NCBI GenBank assembly: GCA_963808235.1
Contig: CAWEEQ010000002.1
Span: 1-64,000, forward strand
Length of the DNA: 64,000 bases
Origin: an uncultured delta proteobacterium
GTDB lineage: Bacteria > Desulfobacterota > Binatia > Binatales > Binataceae
Reading direction: 5' to 3'
The notes under the pieces are model-generated. The model worked only from the letters and a program-made list of their open reading frames with translations. It was not told the origin of the DNA and ran no database searches. The position numbers were made by a program, and so were the translations under genes. Below are positions 16,991 through 27,996 of the stretch, piece by piece (position 1 is the stretch's first letter; each line of letters opens with the position of its first letter).

Positions 16991-17427
16991 CTCGACAGCT
17001 TGCCGCAGTCCTGCTTTGCAGCGCGAGCATCGCCGTGCTCGCCACTGGATGCGCAGTGCAGGGCCGGCCGTTCGAGAAAGTTCCACCACCACCAGCCCAT
17101 GCCGTGATCTATGTCTATCGTCCTTACTCTTACGGAAGCGTTGCGCTTAAGCCCGAGGTGACGTGCGGCGAAGACATGGCGCGTATCGGTCCGGGCACCT
17201 ATCATCCTTTTATCGTTCCAGCCGGGCAGAAAGTCATCTGCAGCGTGCATACTGATAGCACCGACGAGGTAGAAATCCACACCGACGCCCGCGTCTATTA
17301 CCTCAGGGAGGAGCTCGGCTGGGGAATACTGACCGGCCAGCCCCATCTCAATCCAGTCGATACCGACGCCGCGCAGACTGAGATTCAAAGCTGCGTACAG
17401 GAACCTGAGACACGGAGCCCGAAATAG
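16987..17427 (+). CDS. DUF2846-like lipoprotein
   Basis: Lipobox ATG|C; GRPF...AVIYVYRP...VYYLREE. Confidence 0.75.
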   Translation: MTRQLAAVLLCSASIAVLATGCAVQGRPFEKVPPPPAHAVIYVYRPYSYGSVALKPEVTCGEDMARIGPGTYHPFIVPAGQKVICSVHTDSTDEVEIHTDARVYYLREELGWGILTGQPHLNPVDTDAAQTEIQSCVQEPETRSPK

Positions 17428-18479
17428 TGTCGCTCGAAGATGACCTCATGCCCGTGCGGGCAGTTCATCGTTTCGACGAGGCTCGGCTCGAGCATTACCT
17501 ACTCGATCGGATGCCAGGATTTCGCGGGCCGCTAAAAATTCGTCAGTTCGTCGGCGGGCAGTCGAACCCAACTTACCTGCTCGACACGCCGGGCGCGCGT
17601 TTCGTGATGCGCAAGAAACCGCCGGGGACGCTGCTCCAATCGGCGCATCAGGTCGAGCGCGAATTTCGGATTATCAAAGCGCTCGCCGCTACCGATGTCC
17701 CCGTGCCGCGAGCGCATCTGCTCTGCGAAGACGCCGACGTGATCGGCACCGCGTTCTTCGTGATGGATTACGTCGCCGGGCGCATCATGCGCGATCCTAC
17801 GATGCCCGGCTCAAGCCCCGATGAGCGCGGAGCCTGCTACGACTCGATGAACGACGTGCTCGCGCGCCTGCACAGGGTCGATTTTCGCGCGGTGGGATTG
17901 GGCGACTTCGGCCGGCCGACTGGATATGTCGCGCGCCAGGTCGCGCGCTGGTCAAAACAATACGAACTGTCGAAGACCGAAGAGATCCCCGAGATGGATC
18001 GTCTGATCGAATGGCTGACCCTGCACATTCCTACCGACGACGAAACGACGATAGCACACGGCGACTACCGCATGGAGAACATCATCTTCCATCCTTCGGA
18101 GCCGCGCGTCGTCGCGGTGCTCGACTGGGAGCTGTCGACGCTCGGGCATCCGCTCGGCGATCTCGGATGGGCCTGCCGCCCTTACCATTGCCCGCCCGGC
18201 ATCGACGGCGTTCTGAGTTTTGAGGGCATCGAGCGCAAATCGCCGGGGATTCCGAGCGAGGATGAATTTGTCGCCAGCTATTGCAAGCGAGTCGGGCGGC
18301 GCGAGATCCCCGATCTGATGTTTTTCATCGCGTTTTCATTCTTCCGCGCGGCGGCGATTGCACAAGGAATTGCGATGCGCGCGAAGATCGGCACCGCCAG
18401 CGCTCCCGACGCCGCAGAACGAGGTGCGCGAGCGCGCCTCATGGCCGAAATCGGCTGGCAGGTCGCGCAAACGTTGTGA
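17427..18479 (+). CDS. Phosphotransferase family protein (APH / ACAD10-11 N-terminal-like)
   Basis: GGQSNPTY, RKKPPG..LQSAHQVEREF, HGDYRMEN, VLDWELSTLGHP. Confidence 0.92.
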   Translation: MSLEDDLMPVRAVHRFDEARLEHYLLDRMPGFRGPLKIRQFVGGQSNPTYLLDTPGARFVMRKKPPGTLLQSAHQVEREFRIIKALAATDVPVPRAHLLCEDADVIGTAFFVMDYVAGRIMRDPTMPGSSPDERGACYDSMNDVLARLHRVDFRAVGLGDFGRPTGYVARQVARWSKQYELSKTEEIPEMDRLIEWLTLHIPTDDETTIAHGDYRMENIIFHPSEPRVVAVLDWELSTLGHPLGDLGWACRPYHCPPGIDGVLSFEGIERKSPGIPSEDEFVASYCKRVGRREIPDLMFFIAFSFFRAAAIAQGIAMRAKIGTASAPDAAERGARARLMAEIGWQVAQTL

Positions 18480-18495
18480 GCAGATCCGGAAAAGC

Positions 18496-19935
18496 ATGAA
18501 TGAAATCGTAAAGCTCGACGCGGTTGCGCTGTCGAGCGCGATCAAGTCGAAGCGCGTCTCGTGCGTCGAGGTGATGAACGCGTATCTCGATCACATCGAT
18601 TGTTTGAATTCCCTCGTCAACGCGATTGTCTCGCTACAGAATCGCGACGATCTGCTCAAACAGGCGAAGAGCCGCGACGAGCAACTCGCACGCAGCGAGT
18701 ATCTCGGTCCGATGCATGGGTTTCCGCAGGCCATCAAGGATCTCGAGCCGACCATGGGCATCCGCACGACATTCGGCTCGCCACTGTTTAAAGACTTTGT
18801 GCCGAAGACGGACGCGATCTTCGTCGAACGATTGAAGCGCGCGGGAAGCATCATCATCGGCAAGACCAACGTCCCCGAGTGGGGCTTTGGATCGCAAACC
18901 TACAACGACGTGTTCGGCACGACGCTTAACGCTTACGACCAGTCGAAGACATGCGGTGGCAGCAGCGGCGGTGCCGCCGTGGCGCTCGCACTCAGGATGC
19001 TCCCGGTCGCGGACGGCAGCGATCACGCGGGCTCGCTGCGCAATCCAGCCGCGTTCGGCAACGTCTTTTCTCTCCGCCCATCGTTCGGCCGGGTCCCGTC
19101 TGATTTGATCGACGCCTTCATGCCGTCGCTCTCGGTGCATGGGCCGATGGCACGGACGGTTCCCGATCTGGCGATGCTGCTCAGAATTCAGTCGGGCTAC
19201 GACGCACGCGCGCCGCTTTCGATCCGGCAGGATCCGGTTATATTTTCTGGACCGCTCGAACGCGACTTCAAGGGCACTCGCGTTGCCTGGCTCGGAGACT
19301 TCGGAGGATATCTGCCCTTCGAGCCCGGAGTTCTCGATCTCTGCAAGCAATCGCTAAAAGTATTCGAACACCTCGGATGCATCGTCGAAGAGGCGCGGCC
19401 GGATTTTCCAATCGAGCAGGTATGGCGAAACTGGCTTAAGATTCGCGCCTCGCAAGTCGGCGCACGATTCAAGGAGTTCTACAACGATCCCGCCCGGCGC
19501 GCGCTGATGAAACCCGAGCTGCGGTGGGAGATTGAGAATGGTATGCGCCTCAGCGCCGAAGAGATCGCCGACGCCGGCGCAGTCCGCAGCGCCTGGTATC
19601 ACGTGGTGCGCCGATTCTTCGAACGTTACGACTACTTCGTGCTCCCTTCATCGCAGGTGTTTCCATTCGACGCGTCAACGCATTGGCCGAGAGAAATAAA
19701 CGGCAAGGCTATGGATACCTACCATCGATGGATGGAGGTAGCAGTTGTGGTGACGATGTCCGGCTGCCCCGCGCTCGGCGCGCCGGCCGGATTCAACGAA
19801 CAAGGATTACCAATGGGTATCCAGATCGTGGCGCCGAATCACGCCGAGATGAGTTGCATCCAACTAGCATATGCCTACGATCAGGAGACTCAGTGGGTAA
19901 TGAAGCGGTTGCCGCCCATACTCAGTAGTAAGTGA
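18496..19935 (+). CDS. Amidase (amidase signature family)
   Basis: IKDL, GKTNVPE, GGSSGG, GSDHAGSLRNPA. Confidence 0.93.
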   Translation: MNEIVKLDAVALSSAIKSKRVSCVEVMNAYLDHIDCLNSLVNAIVSLQNRDDLLKQAKSRDEQLARSEYLGPMHGFPQAIKDLEPTMGIRTTFGSPLFKDFVPKTDAIFVERLKRAGSIIIGKTNVPEWGFGSQTYNDVFGTTLNAYDQSKTCGGSSGGAAVALALRMLPVADGSDHAGSLRNPAAFGNVFSLRPSFGRVPSDLIDAFMPSLSVHGPMARTVPDLAMLLRIQSGYDARAPLSIRQDPVIFSGPLERDFKGTRVAWLGDFGGYLPFEPGVLDLCKQSLKVFEHLGCIVEEARPDFPIEQVWRNWLKIRASQVGARFKEFYNDPARRALMKPELRWEIENGMRLSAEEIADAGAVRSAWYHVVRRFFERYDYFVLPSSQVFPFDASTHWPREINGKAMDTYHRWMEVAVVVTMSGCPALGAPAGFNEQGLPMGIQIVAPNHAEMSCIQLAYAYDQETQWVMKRLPPILSSK

Positions 19936-19971
19936 TTGGGTATCCAGCAAGCGTTCGCGGAGAATAAACCT

Positions 19972-20472
19972 ATGCAAGATTTGCTGCCCGCGGCGCAGAA
20001 GCTCGCCGCTATATTGAAGACTCGTAACGAGACGGTCGCGGTTGCCGAATCTTCTACCGGAGGCCTCATCTCGGCGGCACTGCTCAGTGTCCCAGGCGCC
20101 TCGGCTTACTTCATCGGTGGCGCGGTCGTTTACACACTGAAGGCGCGGCGCGCGATGCTCGATATCCCGGATTCGGCGTTCGCAGGAATCAAATCGGTGA
20201 CCGAAGAAGGTGCGATGATCCTGGCGCGCGCAGCGAAAGATCGTTTCAACGTTACCTGGAGCGTTGCGGAAATCGGCGCGAGCGGGCCGACTGGTAATCG
20301 CTACGGCGACCCGGCTGGACACAGTTGCATTGCAGTTGCGGGAATCTCGGAGCGCTCCATTACCATCGAAACTGGTAGTGGCGATCGCCTTGCCAACATG
20401 CGGGCGTTTGCTGCCGCTGCGTTGGATCTGCTGACTCAGAGCGTGACTGCATCAGGGCGTCACGTCGGATAG
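19972..20472 (+). CDS. CinA C-terminal / PncC-like protein
   Basis: VAVAESSTGGLISAALLSVPGASAYFIGGAVVYT. Confidence 0.88.
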   Translation: MQDLLPAAQKLAAILKTRNETVAVAESSTGGLISAALLSVPGASAYFIGGAVVYTLKARRAMLDIPDSAFAGIKSVTEEGAMILARAAKDRFNVTWSVAEIGASGPTGNRYGDPAGHSCIAVAGISERSITIETGSGDRLANMRAFAAAALDLLTQSVTASGRHVG

Positions 20473-21684
20473 TCTGTCGACCTCGCGCAGGCTTGGGAAC
20501 AGGCGCAACCATACTGCGACGATCACCAGCGTGCCGACGCCTCCAATCACTACCGACGGCACTGTTCCGAACCAGGTCGCGGTCAGGCCCGACTCGAATT
20601 CGCCGAGTTCGTTCGACGCTCCGACGAAGAGTAGTTTGACCGCGCTCACGCGCCCGCGCATCGCATCGGGCGTCGCCAGTTGGGTGAGCGTCGTCCGCAC
20701 ATAGACGCTCACCATGTCCGATGCGCCTAGGACGAACAGCGCCGTCAGCGAGAGAGCGAAATTTCTCGACAAGCCGAAGACGATCGTCGCGATTCCGAAA
20801 ATCGCGACGCACGCGAACATCGCGAGTCCCGCGTTGCGTTGCAGCGCCATCTTGCCGATCATGTATCCGAGCATCGCGGCGCCGAGCGCGGGGGCGCTGC
20901 GCAATAATCCAAGGCCGACCGGACCGACGTACAGGATGTCGCGCGCATAGATTGGCAGCAGCGCGCTCGCGCCGCCGAGCAGCACCGCGAACAAGTCGAG
21001 CGAGAAACTGCCGAGAATTATCGGCTTGCTGCGCACGTACGAAATTCCCGCGGTGATGCGCTCGAGCACGGTGAGATCGGTCTCGGCCGGGTAGCTGACG
21101 CTTTTACGGATTGTCATCGTGAGGATCGCGATGCTCACAAAGAGCGACAAGCACACCGCGTACGCCACCGCGGGTCCGAGAATGTAAATCGCGCCGCCTA
21201 GCGCGGGACCCGCGATCACCGCAACTGAAAACATCGAGGAACTCCATGCGACGGCCTGCGGGAACAGGTCCTGCGGCACCAGCATCGGGACAAACGACTG
21301 CGCCGCCGGTCCGGCGAACGCGCGCGCGGCGCCAAACAGCGCCAACACGACGTAAAAAGGCCAGATGACCTTTGGCGCGGTCAATGCCAGAGCTACAAAG
21401 AGGCCTGCGGCGACGGCCTCGGCGAGATAGCTCGCCGCAAGGATCAGTCTGCGGTCAAAGCGATCGGCAAGGTGCCCGGCCGGGATCGTGCAGGCCATTA
21501 TCGGAAGGAACTGCGCGAGCCCGACGTAGCCGAGCGCCATCGGGCTGCGTGCGATTGCGTAGATCTGCCAACCGACTGCGACCGACTGAATCTGAATCGC
21601 CAGAATTCCGAGAAAGACGGAGAGGAGATACCGCCGAAAATCGCGATGCGACAGAACGGTTTCGGTGCGAGAAGTCTCAGACAT
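20452..21684 (-). CDS. MFS transporter
   Basis: About 12 hydrophobic segments; GHLADRFDRR; TPDAMRGRVSAV. Confidence 0.92.
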   Translation of the reverse strand: MSETSRTETVLSHRDFRRYLLSVFLGILAIQIQSVAVGWQIYAIARSPMALGYVGLAQFLPIMACTIPAGHLADRFDRRLILAASYLAEAVAAGLFVALALTAPKVIWPFYVVLALFGAARAFAGPAAQSFVPMLVPQDLFPQAVAWSSSMFSVAVIAGPALGGAIYILGPAVAYAVCLSLFVSIAILTMTIRKSVSYPAETDLTVLERITAGISYVRSKPIILGSFSLDLFAVLLGGASALLPIYARDILYVGPVGLGLLRSAPALGAAMLGYMIGKMALQRNAGLAMFACVAIFGIATIVFGLSRNFALSLTALFVLGASDMVSVYVRTTLTQLATPDAMRGRVSAVKLLFVGASNELGEFESGLTATWFGTVPSVVIGGVGTLVIVAVWLRLFPSLREVDRLSDVTP

Positions 21685-21767
21685 GATTTCTTGAAAATCG
21701 CGCTCGCAGTTGCGGCCCCTTCGTTTCTATTTGAACCGCCGCCACAAATCGACGTAGGCTTTTCGCC

Positions 21768-23183
21768 ATGGACAAGGAATCGATACGCACCTACGTGGAT
21801 CGGCTCTTCGCGGAGTCGGTCGTGCCCGAACTAATCGAGTACATTCGCATCCCGAACAAGTCGGTTGCTTTCGATCGCGAGTGGCAAGCGCATGGGCACA
21901 TGGATCGTGTCGTTGCGCGGTTCGAAGCTTTTGCGCGCCGCCAACCGCTAAAGGGCGCGACGATCGAAGTCGTGCGCCTCGCGAATCGCACCCCGCTGCT
22001 GTTCGTCGATATTCCCGGCGACTCGAAAGATTGCGTGCTGCTCTACGGGCACATGGACAAGCAGCCCGAGATGACCGGGTGGCGCGCGGGTCTCGGGCCG
22101 TGGGATCCGGTGATTGAGGGCGAGCGTCTTTACGGCCGCGGCAGCGCCGACGACGGTTACGCGATGTTCGCGTGTCTCGGCGCGATCGGAGCGCTGCAGG
22201 CGAATTCGATTTCCCATGCCCGATGCGTCGTGATCATCGAGGCCTGCGAAGAGAGCGGCAGTTTCGATCTGCCACATTATATAGAGCATCTCGCCGAGCG
22301 GATCGGGCAGCCGAGTTTGTGCATCGCGCTGGATTCCGGATGCGGCAATTACGAGCAACTCTGGTCGACCACGTCGCTGCGCGGCCTGGTCGGCGGAAGA
22401 CTCAGCGTCGAGGTGCTCACCGAGGGCGTCCATTCAGGTGACGCCGGCGGAATCGTGCCGGACAGCTTCCGCATCGTGCGCCAGCTAATCAGCCGCGTCG
22501 AGGACGAGGCGACGGGAAAAATCCTGGCGCCGGAATTTTACGCGACGATTCCCGAGGCGCGCCTCGCGCAGGCGAGTGCGAGCGCCACGGTGCTCGGCGA
22601 CGAAACTTATTCCAAGTTCCCGTTTACCAAGGGCGCCGGCCCCGTCAGCACCGATCCGACCGAGCTGATTCTCAATCGCGCGTGGCGGCCGGCACTCTCG
22701 GTGATCGGCGCCGACGGTCTGCCTGCGACCGGAAACGCGGGCAACGTGCTGCGCGCCTCGACCGCGGTGAGCATATCGCTCCGGCTGCCGCCGACGGTTG
22801 ACGCGCGGGTCGCATCGCAAAAACTGAAAAGCATTCTGGAAAAGGATCCGCCGTACGGCTCCACGGTGAGCTTCAAACCAAATTGGGGCGCGAGCGGTTG
22901 GGATGCGCCCGCGCTTTCGCAGTGGCTCGAGGACAGTATGAACCGGGCGTCGAGCGACTACTTCGGAAAGCCTGCCGCTTACATGGGAGAGGGCGGCACG
23001 ATTCCATTCATGGGGATGCTCGGCGAGCGATTTCCCAAGGCGCAATTTCTGATCACCGGCGTGCTCGGCCCGCACGCCAACGCCCACGGGCCCAACGAGT
23101 TTCTGCATATCCCGACCGCGAAGAAACTCACCTGCTGCGTCGCGAAGGTGATCGCGGATCACTTCAATCGAACCGGAACTTGA
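21768..23183 (+). CDS. M20 family metallopeptidase
   Basis: LLYGHMDKQP, GRGSADDG, EESGS, NAHGPNE. Confidence 0.93.
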   Translation: MDKESIRTYVDRLFAESVVPELIEYIRIPNKSVAFDREWQAHGHMDRVVARFEAFARRQPLKGATIEVVRLANRTPLLFVDIPGDSKDCVLLYGHMDKQPEMTGWRAGLGPWDPVIEGERLYGRGSADDGYAMFACLGAIGALQANSISHARCVVIIEACEESGSFDLPHYIEHLAERIGQPSLCIALDSGCGNYEQLWSTTSLRGLVGGRLSVEVLTEGVHSGDAGGIVPDSFRIVRQLISRVEDEATGKILAPEFYATIPEARLAQASASATVLGDETYSKFPFTKGAGPVSTDPTELILNRAWRPALSVIGADGLPATGNAGNVLRASTAVSISLRLPPTVDARVASQKLKSILEKDPPYGSTVSFKPNWGASGWDAPALSQWLEDSMNRASSDYFGKPAAYMGEGGTIPFMGMLGERFPKAQFLITGVLGPHANAHGPNEFLHIPTAKKLTCCVAKVIADHFNRTGT

Positions 23184-23208
23184 GGCGCGAAAGTGAATTA
23201 AGCAAACG

Positions 23209-25585
23209 ATGCGGAGGACGCTAATCATATCCGGCATCGCAGTTGGCGCGATCGTCCTGATCGCGGCCGCGATAGTAGCGTACGCATTCTTCAATCTCAG
23301 TTCGATAGTTGCTTCGAATCAAAAACGGATCCTTGGCCACCGTCAGCAACGAGCTTGGCCGCCGAGTCGAAGTCGCGCAGATACGAGCGCATATGGGACT
23401 CGGAGTGTCGATCGAAGTGAGTGGCCTCAAGATCGCGGATGACCCCGCATTTTCGGAGAAGCCATTCGTAGTCGCCGACGACGTATCGGTCGAAGTCGAA
23501 TTCATCCCGTTGCTGCGCGGTGAGGCGAAAATCATCCGGCTGGACCTTACCAAGCCGGACATCCGGATAGTGAGAAACGCGCGCGGCGATTACAACGTCG
23601 AGAGCATCGGGACCAGCGCCGCTGAACCGAAGCCTTCCAGCAAGCCGCGCCGCCGCAAGCGCTCTTCGCTCGCGGACCTTTCCATCAAGGCGCTCGGAAT
23701 CCAGGACGGCGCGATCTACTATAACGATCTCGCCGAGAAGGCGGCGCCGATTAAGATTCATCGCCTGGATTTCGAAGTGACGAACTTCAGCGCGGTGGCG
23801 GCGTTTGACGTCGCAATGAAGCTGGCCTTTCCCGGCGACGTGCAAAACGTCGCGATCTCTGGAAAGCTCGGACCCCTTCTGCGCCAAGGCTTTCTCGACA
23901 CGTCGGGAAGTCCGATCGATCTGAACTTGAGCGTCGATTCGATACTGCTCGACCGATTCCGGACCCTGACGGATGTCGGCGCCGAGATTCCGGCGCCTCT
24001 CTCGATTCCAGATCCAATCTCGGTCACCGGAACTCTTCAGGGCTCGCTCGCGAAAATCGCGTTTGCGATCAGCACCGATCTGACTGCGGACCACGTCGCG
24101 TATGCGGGGTTGTTCGACAAGCCGGCCGGCACCGCAATGACGCTCAAGGCGAACGGCACCGAGGCCGATCAGCTCGAGATCGCGAGCGCGAATTTGAAAC
24201 TCTCCGATCTGGAATTGACTGCGAGCAGATTTTCGGTAGGTGGGCCTCAACCTTTGAGTGCGCAGATCGATTCCAACAGCTTCAATCTCGCCAACCTGGC
24301 CCCGATGCTCCCCGCGGCGGCTGGGTACGGCTTGGCAGGCATGAGCGAGGTTCACGGCAGTGCGACCCTCGATAACGGCGGGCCAACCTTCGATGCGACC
24401 GTGACGCTGAAGCAGGTTGGGCTGAAATTAGGGCCGGCGTTGGCGAGTGCGATCACTGATTTGAACGGGACGATCCGTTTCACCCCGGGACGCGAAGTAA
24501 TCTCGCCAACCAGTTTCTCGATCGGCTCCGCGCACGCGAACCTGGAGGGCCAGGTCGATTCGACGAGTCCGCTCAACGCGAGTTACAAGTTGAAAGCCGA
24601 CTCGATCAAGTTGGCCGAATTATTTCCGAGCCGTCCGCGCGGCGATGTGATCAACCAGTTGACAGTCAATGGCACCGCTGATGGCGAGCTGGGCGCTCCG
24701 CGCCTCAGTGGGAGAATTCTTTCATCCGATGGATCGCTGCAAAATGTTTCATATCGCAACCTGGATCTGACCGCCGCCTACAAGGACAATCGCGCGTCCG
24801 CGCGTCCCTTCAACGTCGACGCTTTCGGCGGATCGCTCAACGCCGACGCCGACGCTGTCTTCGGATCGAGTCCGAGCTTCAATGCGACGCTCAAGATGCG
24901 CAATGTGAACGTCGAACAGGCGCTGCGCTCGCAGAATATCCAGGCCGCCAACACGGTGCACGGATTTCTGACTGGCAACGTTGCGGCCTCGGGCAACGGC
25001 GCGAGCTGGGATCGAATCAAGCCCACGCTGCGCGGCAGCGGACGTGCCGCACTCGCAAACGGCAAGCTGGTCGGCGTCAATATAGTTGCCGACGCGATCA
25101 ACGGTGTCGCCGCGCTGCCCGGTGTCAGTCAGCTCATGAACGTGGCCTTCATGTCGAGTCATCACGGGGTGCTGGTGGATCCCGACACGGAGTTGCAAGC
25201 CGCGAGCATGAGCTTCCAGCTTGCGGGCCCGCGCTTCACGACTCATGACCTGTATGCGCAGTCGCCGGATTACAGAATCACGGGCGCCGGATGGTTCGAC
25301 ATGGACAAGAATATAGACATGAACGCCGACGTCGCGCTCTCGCTCGGGCTCCAGATCGCGATCCCGGTTACGGTGACGGGACAATTGCCGGGGGTGCGCG
25401 TGCTGCCCGACGCGCCACAGTTAGCGCAGCGGGTCGCGATGGGCGCGATCAATACACCGGGCAACATTGTTCGCGGCGGAGTTAATACGGTCGGCACGCT
25501 GATCGGCGGTGCGGCGACGACCGGGAAAAATGCGGCATCGTCGATTCCGAATCCGATCGACATGTTCAAGAAATTGATTCCCTAG
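23209..25585 (+). CDS. AsmA family protein, one frameshift near 23335 (pseudogene or sequence error)
   Basis: TM-anchored N-terminus in ORF 23209 continues (ATVSNELGRRVEV) in the frame of ORF 23309-25585; AsmA-like beta-rich body. Confidence 0.8.
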
Positions 25586-25594
25586 ATACCGGGC

Positions 25595-26536
25595 TCAGTG
25601 ACGCGTTAGCTTATCGACCTCGGCGAGTTCCTCAGGTGTCAATTTCCAATTGCCTGCTTTGACGTTCTCGGTGACCTGATCGGGATTGGTCGCGCCGGAA
25701 ATCACACTCGACACCTGCGCTTGCGACGCGAGCCATCCGACCGCCAGCTCGAGCATCGAGCGCTCGCGATTGCGCGCGAATTTCTCCAGCCGCTCGAGCG
25801 TCGCGAAGTTCTCGACGGTGAGAGTTTGCTGAGCCAGGCGTTGCACCAGGGTAAGCCGGGCGCCCTTCGGCAGCTCCTCACCACGTTTGTATTTGCCGGT
25901 GAGAAATCCACTGGCTAATGGAAAGTAGGGCAGGATGCCGACACCGAACTGGCGGCAGACCGGAACCAGTTCGCGCTCGACGCGCCGGTCGAGCAGGTTG
26001 TATTGATTCTGCGCGGAGACATACGCGGCGAGATTGTTAGCACGCGAGATCCAGAGCGCGTCGACAGTCTGCCACGCGGCGAAGTTGCTGCATCCGATGT
26101 AGCGAACCTTCCCGGAACGGACGAGATCGTTCAGCGCTTCGAGAGTTTCCTGTTGCGGCGTTTCAGGATCGGGCTGGTGAATCTGATAGAGATCGATATA
26201 GTCGGTGCCCAGTCGCTTCAGGCTCGCCTCAGCAGCAGCGGCGATGTAACGGCGAGAGCCGCCCCGTAGATACGGACCGTCTCCCATCGCCATTCCAAAC
26301 TTGGTCGCCAGAATGATGTCGCGACGGCGCTCCGCGAGCGCTTTTCCCAGCAGTTCCTCGGAGCCGCCCCGGTTGCCATAGATGTCCGCCGTATCGAACA
26401 GCGTGATGCCTTCATCGAGTGCTCGATGAACCACGGCGCGAGTCTGTTCCGCGTTGTTGCGCATCCCGAAGTTGTTGCATCCCAACCCCACGGCCGAAAC
26501 TTTCAGGCCCGAATTGCCCAGATTGCGATATTCCAC
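25595..26536 (-). CDS. Aldo/keto reductase
   Basis: LGNSGLKVSAVGLG, FDTADIYG, SLKRLGTDYIDLYQIH, GKVRYIGCSN. Confidence 0.95.
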   Translation of the reverse strand: MEYRNLGNSGLKVSAVGLGCNNFGMRNNAEQTRAVVHRALDEGITLFDTADIYGNRGGSEELLGKALAERRRDIILATKFGMAMGDGPYLRGGSRRYIAAAAEASLKRLGTDYIDLYQIHQPDPETPQQETLEALNDLVRSGKVRYIGCSNFAAWQTVDALWISRANNLAAYVSAQNQYNLLDRRVERELVPVCRQFGVGILPYFPLASGFLTGKYKRGEELPKGARLTLVQRLAQQTLTVENFATLERLEKFARNRERSMLELAVGWLASQAQVSSVISGATNPDQVTENVKAGNWKLTPEELAEVDKLTRH

Positions 26537-26562
26537 GGAACTCTCCCGATCGCGAAGACCAA

Positions 26563-27387
26563 TCAGTTTGTTTCAGGTGCGAAGAAGACCAGCGTCCGAA
26601 CTTCTACACTCTCGCGCGGCGCCGCATCGCGCGGGCTGGTCGGATCCTCAAATGCCGTGTGCGCGGTGAAGCGCGAGCGGCGCGAATCGGAATCGTAGCA
26701 TTTGAGCAATAGTACTTCTTCCTTTTCCTGATTCGGAATGTAGTACCACTTGTGATTCGGATTGTACGCGACTGAGTAAACCTCGCCTTCCCGATCGCGA
26801 TACTTCAGCACGTGCTTCACGAAGTCGTCCGGCATCATGCTTTGCGCGTCACACACTGCCAGCGGCGATTCCTGCACCGGGCCGCGAATCGGCCGCCAAA
26901 CGTTGATCACCGCGAAGCGATTCTGAAGCAGTGCGTCGGCCTCGTTCGGCAGCAGGTCGCGCACCCGCTGCGGTCCCGACTTGAGCGTGTAATCATTGTG
27001 CGCGACTTTTACCGGCTCTTGCGCGCCGTTTTCATGCCGCTTCGCCATCGGGCGGCTTCGCACGTTGTGATCGAACACATGCACTCTCACCGCGCCGGTG
27101 AATTCCCTGACCAGCCGCTCGACTTCCGGATAGTAGATCGCGCGCACTTCTCTTTCGTCGAAAAAATCCGACACCGCGGTCTGTTGCCGCACTACGGCGA
27201 ACCCCTGCCGATCCAGCGACAACTGCGGCAGGATTGCCCGCGCACTCATAATCGAGACCGCGAATTTGGCGTAGTTCCCGGTCCTTGCAGCGACGCCCTC
27301 GGGCGGCTTGTAGGTATACGTGACGGGCGTCGTGCTCCGATCGGCCAGGTAGTTGAGCACGGTATCGACGTGATCGCTGGTAGTCAT
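26563..27387 (-). CDS. CmcJ/NvfI-family oxidoreductase
   Basis: FDHNVR, AHNDYT, INVWRPI...PLAVCDA, AHTAF, RESVEVR. Confidence 0.85.
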   Translation of the reverse strand: MTTSDHVDTVLNYLADRSTTPVTYTYKPPEGVAARTGNYAKFAVSIMSARAILPQLSLDRQGFAVVRQQTAVSDFFDEREVRAIYYPEVERLVREFTGAVRVHVFDHNVRSRPMAKRHENGAQEPVKVAHNDYTLKSGPQRVRDLLPNEADALLQNRFAVINVWRPIRGPVQESPLAVCDAQSMMPDDFVKHVLKYRDREGEVYSVAYNPNHKWYYIPNQEKEEVLLLKCYDSDSRRSRFTAHTAFEDPTSPRDAAPRESVEVRTLVFFAPETN

Positions 27388-27468
27388 TCGAAGTACTCCT
27401 TCAATCTACAATTGTGCTACGGCACCACGCTGGTCGGGTCAAGCGGAAAATTGGCAATATGAGGCGCG

Positions 27469-27984
27469 ATGGCGCCGCTGCACGATATCCTTATTCCTCG
27501 CCCGCGAATTCTTTTCGTGGGAATCAACCCAAGTCTTCGCTCGGAGCAAGTGGGGCATCATTTCGCGAGCCCCGGCAATCCCTTCTGGCGGCTGCTCTAC
27601 GCCGCGCGACTGGTTTCCGAAGAGCTGAAATGCGAAGACGATCAGCGTCTCGGAGAATTCGGACTGGCAATCACAAACCTATGCTCACGCGCAACGCGCT
27701 CAGCCGCGGAACTCCGACCGGAAGAGATCAAGCGCGGCCACAAGTTGCTCGAGCGAAAGATCCTCCGCGTCCGCCCGCGGGTAGCCGCTTTCGTCGGCGT
27801 TACGATCTATCGGAGCTTCTTCGGCGTCACCGGTGGCGAGGGAGCCGGCCTTAAAGATGAGCGCGTCGGCGGCGCGCGCGTGTTCGTGTTGCCCAATCCG
27901 AGCGGCCTGAATGCCAGCTTCCCCGGCTTTCAAGACAAGTTGATCTGGTTCGAGCGGCTGCGCGAATTCTCCGACATTGCCTAG
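27469..27984 (+). CDS. mug: G/U mismatch-specific DNA glycosylase
   Basis: LFVGINPS...GHHFASPGNPFW...LPNPSGLNA. Confidence 0.9.
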   Translation: MAPLHDILIPRPRILFVGINPSLRSEQVGHHFASPGNPFWRLLYAARLVSEELKCEDDQRLGEFGLAITNLCSRATRSAAELRPEEIKRGHKLLERKILRVRPRVAAFVGVTIYRSFFGVTGGEGAGLKDERVGGARVFVLPNPSGLNASFPGFQDKLIWFERLREFSDIA

Positions 27985-27996
27985 TAGCAGATCCTA